In this document: piece after piece, positions 1 through 9,340 of the stretch
Numbering within the stretch: position 1 is the stretch's first letter
Layout of the letters: the number at the start of each line of letters is the position of its first letter
From: an uncultured virus (IMG/VR IMGVR_UViG_3300020214_000011)
Lineage: Duplodnaviria; Heunggongvirae; Uroviricota; Caudoviricetes
Direction: 5' to 3' (one strand)
IMG/VR virus record: IMGVR_UViG_3300020214_000011
Length of the DNA: 64,000 nucleotides
Made by a program: the position numbers and the translations under genes
Notes under the pieces: generated by a model
The model's database searches: none
Told to the model about the DNA's origin: nothing
What the model saw: only the letters and a program-made list of their open reading frames with translations

Positions 1-109
1 TTGAAATATCACTGCATTGCGACGGGCGAGAAACGCCAGTTTCCATGCGGCAGTTGCGTCAACCACAAGGGTTGCCTAGCGACGACGATGCAATACAAGG
101 AGCGAAAAC

Positions 110-1969
110 ATGGAACCTGAGACCGGAACACCAACCGTAAAGATCGGGGAAGACGGTCAGGTCCTGCAGTGCGCCAAGGGTGCCGAGACGGCGGCCTGCG
201 GCTACAAGGCCGGGGACTCCGTTTGCGCGGCATGCGGCGCCACGGCGATCGAGGTCAAGATGTACGGCGACGACGGGGCCGACGGAATGATGTGCAAGGC
301 GACTGGCGAGACGGTGATGGAACCCTGCGCCGAGTGCAAGGGCGACTGCTCCATGATGGCCTTCAAGGGCGAAATGCCGGAAGAGCTGCTTGCGAGATTC
401 AAGAAGAAGAAAAAGAAGAAGAAGGGTGGCAAGAACCCGTTTGCGGAGGCGGACGAGGAAGACGAAGAGATGTCGGAGAAGGTCGCCATGTACGGCGCCC
501 CCCCAGCGAGGGCCTACGGCGACTTCGTGGACGACGAGGAGCTCGGGATCATGCCCGAGGACGGCGAGGAACTGGATATCGAGGAGCCGGAAATGGACGA
601 CCCGGACGAGGAGATTTCGGAGTCCATCGCCATGGGCACGCCCCCGCAAAGGAAGAGGAAGAGTGCCTACGTGGACGAACCTCGTCGCAGTAGCGAATAC
701 GAAGAAGAAGAAGAAGAAGACGAGCTCGAGGAAATGATGGACGAGCCGAACGAGGAGGAGATGGAGGAGGACGCCGAGACAATGGGCTACGGCATGTACA
801 GGAAGTCCGACTACGCGGACGCCCGACTCGCATCCATGGGTTTCAAGCAGGGCGAGATGGGCGAGAGCCCGTTCATTTGCGCGATAGAGAGGAAGCTGTA
901 CCCAGCGAACTCCCCGGTGTGCGAGAACTGCCCCGGTGGTTGCGTGAAGGAGGGCGACATGCCCGCGCTCCTGGAGATGGAGGGCGTCGCCGAGGACATG
1001 TTCAGGGGCAAGGTGCTGGACTCCGGCTACTCCGACAAGGCCGACATCTTCGTGATCGACGTGGAGCGCAAGGACGGAAAGCCGGTCGAGGCGTTCTTTG
1101 ACGGAACCACGGGCGAGTGCATGGGTTGGCACCTGTTGAACGACGAGGTGCTCAACGTGAAATCGGGATTCCAGCCGACGCAAATGATCGGATTCTCGGA
1201 GGCGGCGCAGATCGCGACGAAGAGCATCAACGGCGACGTGGTGTCCGTCGAGGCAGACGTGTTTGAGGGGTTCGACAGTTACGCGGTGGAGGTGGAGGGA
1301 GTGGACGGCAAGTCCTACGACGTGTTCGTGTCGCTTGACGGCGAGGTGCTCGGCTACGACACCTACACGCAACAGGAGGCCTTCGCCATCGAGTCCGAGG
1401 CGGCGGAAATAGCACTCAAGCGCGCCTACGGCGACGACGTCAGGAAGCAGATGGCCGAGCGCGGCGACGCCATGGAGGACGGGGAGATGCCCATCGCAAA
1501 CGACTCGGACCTGAGGAACGCCGTGATGTCGTGGCCGAGGTCCAAGAAGCGCACCGAGGCGAAGGAGCACATCATGGCGAGGGCCAGGGTCCTCGGTCTC
1601 GAAAAATCGCTCCCCGACGAGTGGTTGCAGGAGAAGAAGCAGAACGAGGAGGCGAAGGGGGACGCCAACTTCCTCTCGAGTCTTGCCGAGTTCGAGCTGA
1701 TCACCGAGGAGATCAAGTCGTCCAACTCCGAGGAGGATGAGGCTGAGCTGTACTTCAAGCGGATGTTCAGTGACGAGCAACGCGAGAGCGAGGCCAAGAA
1801 GGGCAACGCCCTGCCCGACGGCTCGTACCCGATAGCCAACGAAACGGATCTCAAGAACGCGATCCAGGCGTACGGCAGGGCCAAGGACAAGGACAAAGCC
1901 AGGGCCCATATCGTCAAGCGCGCCAAGGCCCTCGGTAAAGAGGATTTGATTCCGGAAAACTGGAACTAG
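110..1969 (+). CDS. Acidic head-associated protein (619 aa) with Cys clusters, PepSY-like repeats and two C-terminal copies of a phage head-morphogenesis repeat (DUF6582-like)
   Basis: AAGGAG precedes the ATG. PepSY-like segment EAAQIATKSINGDVVSVE...YAVEVEGVDGKSYDVFVSLDGEVLG. Two repeats of G.A..DG..PIAN..DL.NA.....R.K....A..HI..RA..LG.....P..W. Confidence 0.6.
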   Translation: MEPETGTPTVKIGEDGQVLQCAKGAETAACGYKAGDSVCAACGATAIEVKMYGDDGADGMMCKATGETVMEPCAECKGDCSMMAFKGEMPEELLARFKKKKKKKKGGKNPFAEADEEDEEMSEKVAMYGAPPARAYGDFVDDEELGIMPEDGEELDIEEPEMDDPDEEISESIAMGTPPQRKRKSAYVDEPRRSSEYEEEEEEDELEEMMDEPNEEEMEEDAETMGYGMYRKSDYADARLASMGFKQGEMGESPFICAIERKLYPANSPVCENCPGGCVKEGDMPALLEMEGVAEDMFRGKVLDSGYSDKADIFVIDVERKDGKPVEAFFDGTTGECMGWHLLNDEVLNVKSGFQPTQMIGFSEAAQIATKSINGDVVSVEADVFEGFDSYAVEVEGVDGKSYDVFVSLDGEVLGYDTYTQQEAFAIESEAAEIALKRAYGDDVRKQMAERGDAMEDGEMPIANDSDLRNAVMSWPRSKKRTEAKEHIMARARVLGLEKSLPDEWLQEKKQNEEAKGDANFLSSLAEFELITEEIKSSNSEEDEAELYFKRMFSDEQRESEAKKGNALPDGSYPIANETDLKNAIQAYGRAKDKDKARAHIVKRAKALGKEDLIPENWN

Positions 1970-1980
1970 GGGGGATCGAG

Positions 1981-4900
1981 GTGGCTCGCCTCGAACGACA
2001 CCTGAGAAAAAGCCCGGGTGAGAAGTCGCTCGGGCCGACCGTCGGCGGTGCGCCGAGGAACCTGAACCCGTTCACCGCGAGGGACGCCGACCTGGACATG
2101 GTGGTCCTGGAGGGCATTGCGACGGTCAACTTCGGTCGAGGCGTCCCAGACCCGACACCCGGCGGAGCCGCGGAGACGCCGTCGGCGCCAAGATTGAGAT
2201 CGCCCCTCTACGCGACCAACGAGGATTTCGCCGTCGCGGCGATGTCCGGCCCGAATCGTCGCCCGAGCATCAGCGAGGAAAAAGACCCAGGTGACGTGAG
2301 GAATCCAGACGGTCATTTTCCGCGGCAAGCCGGACCGATGTGGAGGGACACGAGTTTCACGGCCCTGCACCTCGCGCCGAGGGAGCGGAGGGGCACGAGC
2401 CCGGCTTCGGTCAACACGTATCTCCACGCCGAATGGACCGAGCCGTACTGGGACGCCGTCAGGGACGACACGGGGATATGGAACTCCCCGCCACCGCCGG
2501 AGATGGAGGTCGAGCGCGCCATCTACGACGCAATGAAGAGAGAGACGATAGAGGTCGGCGGGTACAACGTTCCGTTCCCCCAGCACCCGAAGGAGTCCGA
2601 CTACGACCAGTACACGGACTCAACGGGCGCCACCGTCAGGCACCTCACTGCCACCCGAAGTTTCCCCTTCCGCAATAGGGAGAACCCGAGGTGGACGGAC
2701 GGGCACCCGCTGTACCACGCAACCCCGACCGGCGCGTTGCCGCGGATAGTCGCGGAGGGACTGGTCGCAGGCACCGACCGCCAGCTGTGGTTCGGGGCGT
2801 CACCGACGGTGTGGAACGAGCAATTCCCGCACAACGCCGCCCGCCAACTGAAGTCACCGATCAAGGGAATGTCGTTCCTGCGGATCAGCCCGACCCAAAC
2901 GATGAACGAGAGGCTCTCCCGCCTCGCGAAGGTCAGCGATGTCGATCGGGCAACGGTTCCCGGGCCCCTAGCGATAGATTCGGCTGGGAATCTGATCGGG
3001 CCGAGGGATTCCTGGGCGCAAATTGCGGTTGGTCTCCTGAGCGACGCCCTGTGGTTCAACGACATCAAGATACCGACGGAAAACATCGAGGTTCTGAGTC
3101 AGACCGGAGAATGGATCCCGTTGTACAGGACGGACCTCTCGGACGTGGTTGCTGATCCCACGAGCGGGCCCGAGGCCGGGATGGCGAAAGAAAAGAATCG
3201 CGGCATCAGAAGAATCCTTGCGTCAATAACGAACGGCAAACACGGCGACGACGAGGGGGCGGACGAACAAAAACCCGCCTCCAAGCCCCCCGCCGAGGTC
3301 CCGGTGGTGGCGCAAATACCCAACCCGGAACCGAGGATCAAATACTCAGACTCCTACGGCGGCGACGACCTCATCAAGAACGAGCAGAGAATCGTGCGCA
3401 TAGACCACGAGGGATTGGTGGCTGCGGGCCGCTGGAAAGACATCCACGGTGACCATTACGACTGGTGGGCGTACCCGATAGACAGGGGGAGCGGCCAGTA
3501 CGGCGAGGCGTTCAACGTGGCCGGCGAGCCACTCCGGAGGTTGAGGGAAGACCCGGAATTCCTGGCCAGCCTCGCGCGGGAAATAGAGATACAGGCCCTC
3601 GCCCTGGGTTGGTCGTTGTACGACCAGGACTGGGTGGAAAAGCTCGACTGGGAGAACGGCCAGGACTGGAGACGGGCCTACCCGACGAGGCTGTGGAAGG
3701 CAACCAGATCGGCGCAGATATTCGGGCTCCAGAGGGAGTTCGAGTCGATGCTCGCATTGCACGACTCGCTCGCAGCCGGGGGGGTGCGATTCAACCACGA
3801 GGATTACTGGGAATCACCCGGGACGGTCGACGATGTCCCGTCGCTGGGAAAATCGTGGAAGGAGAGGCAAGAGGAGTGGAGACAGCGGTACCCCGCGAGC
3901 GACGCCACCAGCTGGACGAGCCCGCACCGCCCGCTGCCCCAGGGTCCCAAGCGGGGTTCCGACGATTCACAAATGACGCTCCTAGAGGAGGATCGGGTGT
4001 GGGACGCCTACGACAGCTACACAACTCCGATCTTCCCGGTCGTGTCCGACGCCGAGGAGCTAGCCGACATCCTGTCGGAACCTGACGAGATGATCGAGTT
4101 CGGTTACCCGTACGAGCGAATCGACAAAGAAACGAGACAGCTGATCGCCGACGACATCTTCTTCGCCGTCTCCCTGTTGATGGACGGCGAGTTCCCCGAC
4201 GAGGAGTTCACGGACAGGCTGGAGTCCGCCGAACAAATGAGGCGATATGCGGACGGGCAGGAGGGCCTGTACCCGGAAGACAGGGACATCCTGTACGCCC
4301 TTGCCGACGCGCTGGAGAACCCGGTCTCGTTGTACGAGGACATCGGCTACGAATCAACCGACTCACCGGACGGCGAGGCGGGGATGGCAAGACGCTTCCG
4401 GCGCCTGGACGAAGAACCCGATTATTCGGATATGAGTTTGAGCGACACGGAGATACAGAACTTCATAGAGTCCGAAGCCGACGAGGTCACCGACGACCTG
4501 ATCTTCGGCAGGGAGGTGTCAAGGGCGTTCGCCCAGGAAGAAGACGAACCCATCCCGCGATCTGTCATACCAGTGAGACAAATATCAATCCCAACGCTGG
4601 AGGAAATTCCGGAGGACCTAAAACAGTCGTACATCAAGTTGTGGGCCGGAGGCGGGAGCTTCGTCGCCATAAATCGGCAGCTCGGAATATCCAACCATGA
4701 CGGCGCCGCCATACAAACGGCGCTCCTCAGAAGCGGGGAAATCCTCCCGAGGACCAAGCGCACCTCGGGGGACTCACTGCGTCTCACCCCCGAAGACGAA
4801 AGGGTCTTCGTCGAGTGGTCCAACGAAGGGGCCGATATGGACTTGCTGACATCGGTGTTCGGACTCACCGCCGGGCAGACCGCCGAGATCGCCGCAGACC

Positions 4901-7900
4901 TGAGAAGCCGGGGATTGATCCGCCGACGATTTCAAAAAAACTTTTTCACCGACAGTGAGCGAGACGCATTCGCGACCATCGTGAAGGAGGAACTAGCGAA
5001 AGGAAGAGGCATCTGGCCGCGTTCCGTGCTCAGGGCCCAGCGGGAGCTCGGATGGTCCAAGCAAAGAGCCCAGGCAATGCTCTTGTGGTACAAAACCCAA
5101 GTTAAGTTCGGTCTTATGCCCGGCATCAAGACCCAACTTTCCGATTCCGACATGATGAGGTTTGCCGCGCGATGGAACGACGGAGTGCCCGAGGAGCAGC
5201 TCGCGCGGGAGTTCAACGTCGCAGAGGGTTCCGTCAAATGGTTGGCTAGCAAGGCGAGAAAGCGGGGAATGCGCCTCAAGCGTCGCAACAGCACGGACTT
5301 GTCCGCCACGGACGGGTTGCGACGGAGTCCCTCACTTTCTCGGGAGTGGTTGTTGGGAGTAGAAAACGGCACGACATCGGGCGGGTACCAGGAGTTCATG
5401 GAGGGGATGCAAAAACGAGCGGTGGCACTATACCGAGACGGGAGGACGTACGGCCAGATCGCCAAGGAACTCGGAATCACCGGTGCTGACGCCAAGTACC
5501 TGGTGGACAGGGCCGCGACATCCGGTGAGAAGTCCCCACGCCGTAGGGGACCAAAATCAAAGGTCGCCGCCGCGCTCGGCATCACCGTGGACGAGCTGGT
5601 TGAACGGATGGCGGCAAGATACAACGAGGGCAAGACAGGCGCCGAGATGGCCACGGAATTCGGCACCACAATCGGCAACCTTAATCATTTCCTGAGGGTG
5701 GCGGGCAAAAGGGGTTTGTTGAAATTGAGGACGAGGCGACCGAAGACGTCAGTCAAACGCAACGTCACGGGAGCTTCCTCCCGAAAAACGAGACCGATCG
5801 ACGGATCCGACGGCGAGGCCGGGATGTCGGGCCCGGATTCGGCGGATCTGCCGGACGGAATAGACGGGGAACTAGAGGATCACGTCTACGAGGATCCGGT
5901 GTTCGGTTTGTCCATAAAGCATCCTCTCTTCTTCTGGTTCGCCCCGATCACCCCGGAAGTTGTCGACTTGATAAACGCGTCCTTCGCGAAAAAACGGGCG
6001 TCGGCGGACGAAGCCCTGAGACAAAAGAATTGGGGAAGGTACATATACCTACACGAACGCCCCTACCGCATCGACGCCTTCGAGGACGTCATGGACGAGC
6101 TGACGGACCAGGAGTACTGGAGCCGACTCTCGGACATATGGGTGGACAGCGAGAACATCGGGGCGCAACCCGATCGTTGGAGGAACCTGCTACTGAGCGA
6201 CCGCGGCTCGCGCGAGTCCTTCATGACGGAGGACGAGCGCGCGGAATTCGCGGCGTTGCAGCCACGGTTCACCGTGTACCGCGGTTATTCGGAGAACGAC
6301 CAGGAGGAGTTCGGAATGTCGTGGAGCACCGACGCGGGAGTGGCCGAGTGGTTCGCCAGGAGATTCGCAAGGGAAGACGAGAAGATCTTCATGGAGGAAA
6401 TGGAGGTCTCCAAGGACGACGTCTTCGCATATCTCACGCGGCGGGGCGAGGAGGAAATAATCCTCGACATGCGCACCGCGGCTGGTGGGACGGCGAGTAG
6501 ACGGGAGTTGCCGCGGAAACCCAAGACGAGAATACCCACGAGGAGCAGAAAATTGACTCCCCCGGATGGCGAGGCGGGGATGTCAAGGACAACGGAGAGG
6601 GGCGATCTGGTCAGGCTCGGCAGAAACTCGAATTATCCCAGCGGGTTGCAACCCGGATCGCTCGGCAGGGTCGCGAGAGTGGGCCGCGACGGAACCATCT
6701 CCGTGGAAATTGAAGGCGAGCTGATAAAACTGACCCCCGGCGAGGACCATTTCCTGGTGATCCCGAGGCAGTTTGACGTCCTGTACGAGCTGACGGACAA
6801 CGACGGCAACGTGATTTACCTACCAGTCGAGGACGTGACGTACCCCCGGCTCACCAGCGCCAGGGAGGAAGCGGCAAAAGCTGGGTATAGAGAAACAGGA
6901 ATCATCCGAGGAAACATGCGAACATTTTTTGACGACGCCACGGGTACCTACAAGACGGAACGGACGGAGTTTGAGGTGATCGGCGCACAGAACATCCGGC
7001 CGGAAACGACGGCACCGGTTACGAGGCAATCCACAGACACTCCCGACGGCGAGGCCGCGATGTCCTCCCAAAAAATCCCCAAATTCAACGGCGGCCACAG
7101 CAGCAAGGGGAGGGGGACTCCGTCGGGTGACGGCAAGGACTTGGCGATGAGGGACGTGGCGGACAGCGCCATAGTCGAGTTGGCGAACGACGAGAGGAGC
7201 AGTTCGCGGACGACGCTCGAGACGCTCGGGTCGTACCGGGCCGGGAGCATGGTCGTGATGCTGGCGAGAAACGGTGAGCTCCGGGGCATCCCGCTGAGGG
7301 ACGAAACCATCCAGGCAATAACGAAAGCCCACGACGACGGTGCGATGTTCGTCGTCGGGGACATGCCGGGCGTGGATTCGCAGTTCGTGGAATTTTTGGA
7401 CAAAATCGGGGCCGACTACACGATCTACCATGCGGGGAGTTCGCCGAGGTTCCGTCCGCAACCGCCCGACGCGCGCGGGGACGCGCCGTCCGAACTCCTC
7501 GCGCGCGTGACCGACGAGGACGCGCAGCTCAATCTCCTTTACTCGGTCCCCGGGGTCGCCGCCAGCGTCAGGATGAGGAGCACCGACGGTGCGCCCGTCG
7601 CCCCGGGCAAGAACGCAATCATGAAGCCGTACCTCCTGGCTCCGCACATAGACGTGAACGGTTTGGACGCGTCGGACCCGGCAATCCAGTCCCTTTCGCC
7701 GGCACTGAAGGCCGCCGGGTTGGGAACCTACAAAGTCACCGGGCACTCGACCCCCAAGGTCCAGGGACCGGTGGTGAAGGAGTTCGCGGACAGGCTGATA
7801 GGTCCCAGTGCCGTCGCCGACGCCGTGCTCGGAACGTTCCCGACCGCGGACGAGATGCTGACGATATACGCAGTAAACGCACTCATCAGGGCGAGGGCGG

Positions 7901-9069
7901 AGTACCTTTCCGACTCCGTCCTCAACGCGGACCAAGTAAACGAGGCGATCCTGTTCGGAAATGTCATGCTCGTGGGCCCAAAATTGCCCCAGGACCTGTG
8001 GGACATCCCGCAGGTCGGCACCTCCTTGTACCTCGACCCGTTCAGCTACTTCAAGAACTATTCCAACTTCCTCAAGGCCGTGATCGACGCGTTGCCGGAG
8101 CAGGTCAGATCCAGGCTGGGGGGCGGTCCCGACGACCGTGATGACGCCCAACGGTACTGGGGGGACACCTCGCTCTTCGAGGGCATCATAATCAGGGAAG
8201 ACGACGACATCTCCAGAAGGTTCGCCCCCATGATCAGGAAGCAGGCGGGAATAGTGTTGGACCACGCCAGGCGACACGGCGAGCTGACGAGGAAGTGGGC
8301 GCAAACCGCCTACGACTTGATGAAGGAGGCTGGCCTGACGGACGCAGAGGTGGCTTTCGTTGTCAACGAACACTGGACGAAAGCATCAACGTTCAAACTC
8401 GCCACGGTGCAACCGGGGAACGTGCTGGGTCACGCGGCGAGGCTGGGCGTGAAGGCGTTCTCCTCGAGGTACTCGCCGATAAGCCGGGCCATCACCAAGC
8501 GCATCGAAGCCGTCCAATCCGGGGGCCTCCGCGAGGAAGAGGATTTCGGCCTGCACGAGTTCTTCCACCACTACCTGGGCCAGGGTTTCACCAGGCACGG
8601 GGAGTACGTGGCGTTCAGGGGTCCGGCCGATCTGATCGATTCCTACCACGGGCACATGCAGTGGGCCTGGAACGACACCGGTCAGCTTGGGATGTTCGTC
8701 TCCAGGATCATGACGCAGGAGTTCGGCCGCGGCAAGACCGACGAGCCGGAGTTCGGGTATTCGCGCACACTCCATGACGCCATCGGCAGGGCCATCTACG
8801 ACAGGCTGAAGGAGATGCTCTCCTCGGCCGAGGACAGGCGAAAAATAATGGATCAGGTGTTCCCGGAATTCCACGGGTCGCCCAGCGAGGACGAGGCGAA
8901 GATCAAGGCGCTGATCCGAAGGCAGTTCGCAGGGCGAGACCTTGAAAGGGTCCGCCAATTTGCGGATTTGATGCCCGTCCTCAGACTGCTCACGGTGCAG
9001 GACCTGCTGGTGCCGAAGATGTACTACCCCTACGGGGGAACGAGTAAAATAATCGGGGGGAGCAACTGA
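1981..9069 (+). CDS. Giant multidomain (polyvalent) protein A, 2362 aa: shared N-terminal motif, Tpt1/KptA-like ART, OGFr-like domain, HTH array, R-S-E ART, DUF4314-like domain, SLOG-like domain, HExxH zincin
   Basis: Long open frame with a GTG start after a G-rich RBS. Motifs LYHAT...I..EGL; HYDWWAYP; YRDGRTYGQIAKELGIT; VYRG...SWSTD...GEEEII; FVVGDMPGVD; HEFFH. Five EAGM/EAAM delimiters. Confidence 0.8.
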   Translation: MARLERHLRKSPGEKSLGPTVGGAPRNLNPFTARDADLDMVVLEGIATVNFGRGVPDPTPGGAAETPSAPRLRSPLYATNEDFAVAAMSGPNRRPSISEEKDPGDVRNPDGHFPRQAGPMWRDTSFTALHLAPRERRGTSPASVNTYLHAEWTEPYWDAVRDDTGIWNSPPPPEMEVERAIYDAMKRETIEVGGYNVPFPQHPKESDYDQYTDSTGATVRHLTATRSFPFRNRENPRWTDGHPLYHATPTGALPRIVAEGLVAGTDRQLWFGASPTVWNEQFPHNAARQLKSPIKGMSFLRISPTQTMNERLSRLAKVSDVDRATVPGPLAIDSAGNLIGPRDSWAQIAVGLLSDALWFNDIKIPTENIEVLSQTGEWIPLYRTDLSDVVADPTSGPEAGMAKEKNRGIRRILASITNGKHGDDEGADEQKPASKPPAEVPVVAQIPNPEPRIKYSDSYGGDDLIKNEQRIVRIDHEGLVAAGRWKDIHGDHYDWWAYPIDRGSGQYGEAFNVAGEPLRRLREDPEFLASLAREIEIQALALGWSLYDQDWVEKLDWENGQDWRRAYPTRLWKATRSAQIFGLQREFESMLALHDSLAAGGVRFNHEDYWESPGTVDDVPSLGKSWKERQEEWRQRYPASDATSWTSPHRPLPQGPKRGSDDSQMTLLEEDRVWDAYDSYTTPIFPVVSDAEELADILSEPDEMIEFGYPYERIDKETRQLIADDIFFAVSLLMDGEFPDEEFTDRLESAEQMRRYADGQEGLYPEDRDILYALADALENPVSLYEDIGYESTDSPDGEAGMARRFRRLDEEPDYSDMSLSDTEIQNFIESEADEVTDDLIFGREVSRAFAQEEDEPIPRSVIPVRQISIPTLEEIPEDLKQSYIKLWAGGGSFVAINRQLGISNHDGAAIQTALLRSGEILPRTKRTSGDSLRLTPEDERVFVEWSNEGADMDLLTSVFGLTAGQTAEIAADLRSRGLIRRRFQKNFFTDSERDAFATIVKEELAKGRGIWPRSVLRAQRELGWSKQRAQAMLLWYKTQVKFGLMPGIKTQLSDSDMMRFAARWNDGVPEEQLAREFNVAEGSVKWLASKARKRGMRLKRRNSTDLSATDGLRRSPSLSREWLLGVENGTTSGGYQEFMEGMQKRAVALYRDGRTYGQIAKELGITGADAKYLVDRAATSGEKSPRRRGPKSKVAAALGITVDELVERMAARYNEGKTGAEMATEFGTTIGNLNHFLRVAGKRGLLKLRTRRPKTSVKRNVTGASSRKTRPIDGSDGEAGMSGPDSADLPDGIDGELEDHVYEDPVFGLSIKHPLFFWFAPITPEVVDLINASFAKKRASADEALRQKNWGRYIYLHERPYRIDAFEDVMDELTDQEYWSRLSDIWVDSENIGAQPDRWRNLLLSDRGSRESFMTEDERAEFAALQPRFTVYRGYSENDQEEFGMSWSTDAGVAEWFARRFAREDEKIFMEEMEVSKDDVFAYLTRRGEEEIILDMRTAAGGTASRRELPRKPKTRIPTRSRKLTPPDGEAGMSRTTERGDLVRLGRNSNYPSGLQPGSLGRVARVGRDGTISVEIEGELIKLTPGEDHFLVIPRQFDVLYELTDNDGNVIYLPVEDVTYPRLTSAREEAAKAGYRETGIIRGNMRTFFDDATGTYKTERTEFEVIGAQNIRPETTAPVTRQSTDTPDGEAAMSSQKIPKFNGGHSSKGRGTPSGDGKDLAMRDVADSAIVELANDERSSSRTTLETLGSYRAGSMVVMLARNGELRGIPLRDETIQAITKAHDDGAMFVVGDMPGVDSQFVEFLDKIGADYTIYHAGSSPRFRPQPPDARGDAPSELLARVTDEDAQLNLLYSVPGVAASVRMRSTDGAPVAPGKNAIMKPYLLAPHIDVNGLDASDPAIQSLSPALKAAGLGTYKVTGHSTPKVQGPVVKEFADRLIGPSAVADAVLGTFPTADEMLTIYAVNALIRARAEYLSDSVLNADQVNEAILFGNVMLVGPKLPQDLWDIPQVGTSLYLDPFSYFKNYSNFLKAVIDALPEQVRSRLGGGPDDRDDAQRYWGDTSLFEGIIIREDDDISRRFAPMIRKQAGIVLDHARRHGELTRKWAQTAYDLMKEAGLTDAEVAFVVNEHWTKASTFKLATVQPGNVLGHAARLGVKAFSSRYSPISRAITKRIEAVQSGGLREEEDFGLHEFFHHYLGQGFTRHGEYVAFRGPADLIDSYHGHMQWAWNDTGQLGMFVSRIMTQEFGRGKTDEPEFGYSRTLHDAIGRAIYDRLKEMLSSAEDRRKIMDQVFPEFHGSPSEDEAKIKALIRRQFAGRDLERVRQFADLMPVLRLLTVQDLLVPKMYYPYGGTSKIIGGSN

Positions 9070-9272
9070 TGGAACCGAACAAACCGACCGACGCGACGCC
9101 GATCCTGAGGGTCGAGATTCCCGCCGCCAAACTCGACGCCATCGGCAGGGCGCTGGCCGGTCCTGATCCGCAGGACGACGACGGGTCGCACGCCGAGGCT
9201 CAGGCGGAGTGGGACATGATAGTTCGCGAGAGGAGCCCGAGGACGACAAGCTACGGCGGTGCCAGTAGCTAA
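9069..9272 (+). CDS. Small acidic hypothetical protein (67 aa) coupled to giant protein A
   Basis: TGATG overlap with the upstream stop codon. Confidence 0.6.
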   Translation: MEPNKPTDATPILRVEIPAAKLDAIGRALAGPDPQDDDGSHAEAQAEWDMIVRERSPRTTSYGGASS

Positions 9273-9340
9273 GAAATATACGTCTATAATTGTTTGATGA
9301 TTGTCAAATCCCGTCGCCGGGAATAGAGGATAAAGGGCAG

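Noticed and set aside
400..725. Poly-Lys and poly-Glu trinucleotide runs as phase-variation tracts
   Set aside because: In-frame, low-complexity linker sequence; slippage would not change the frame.
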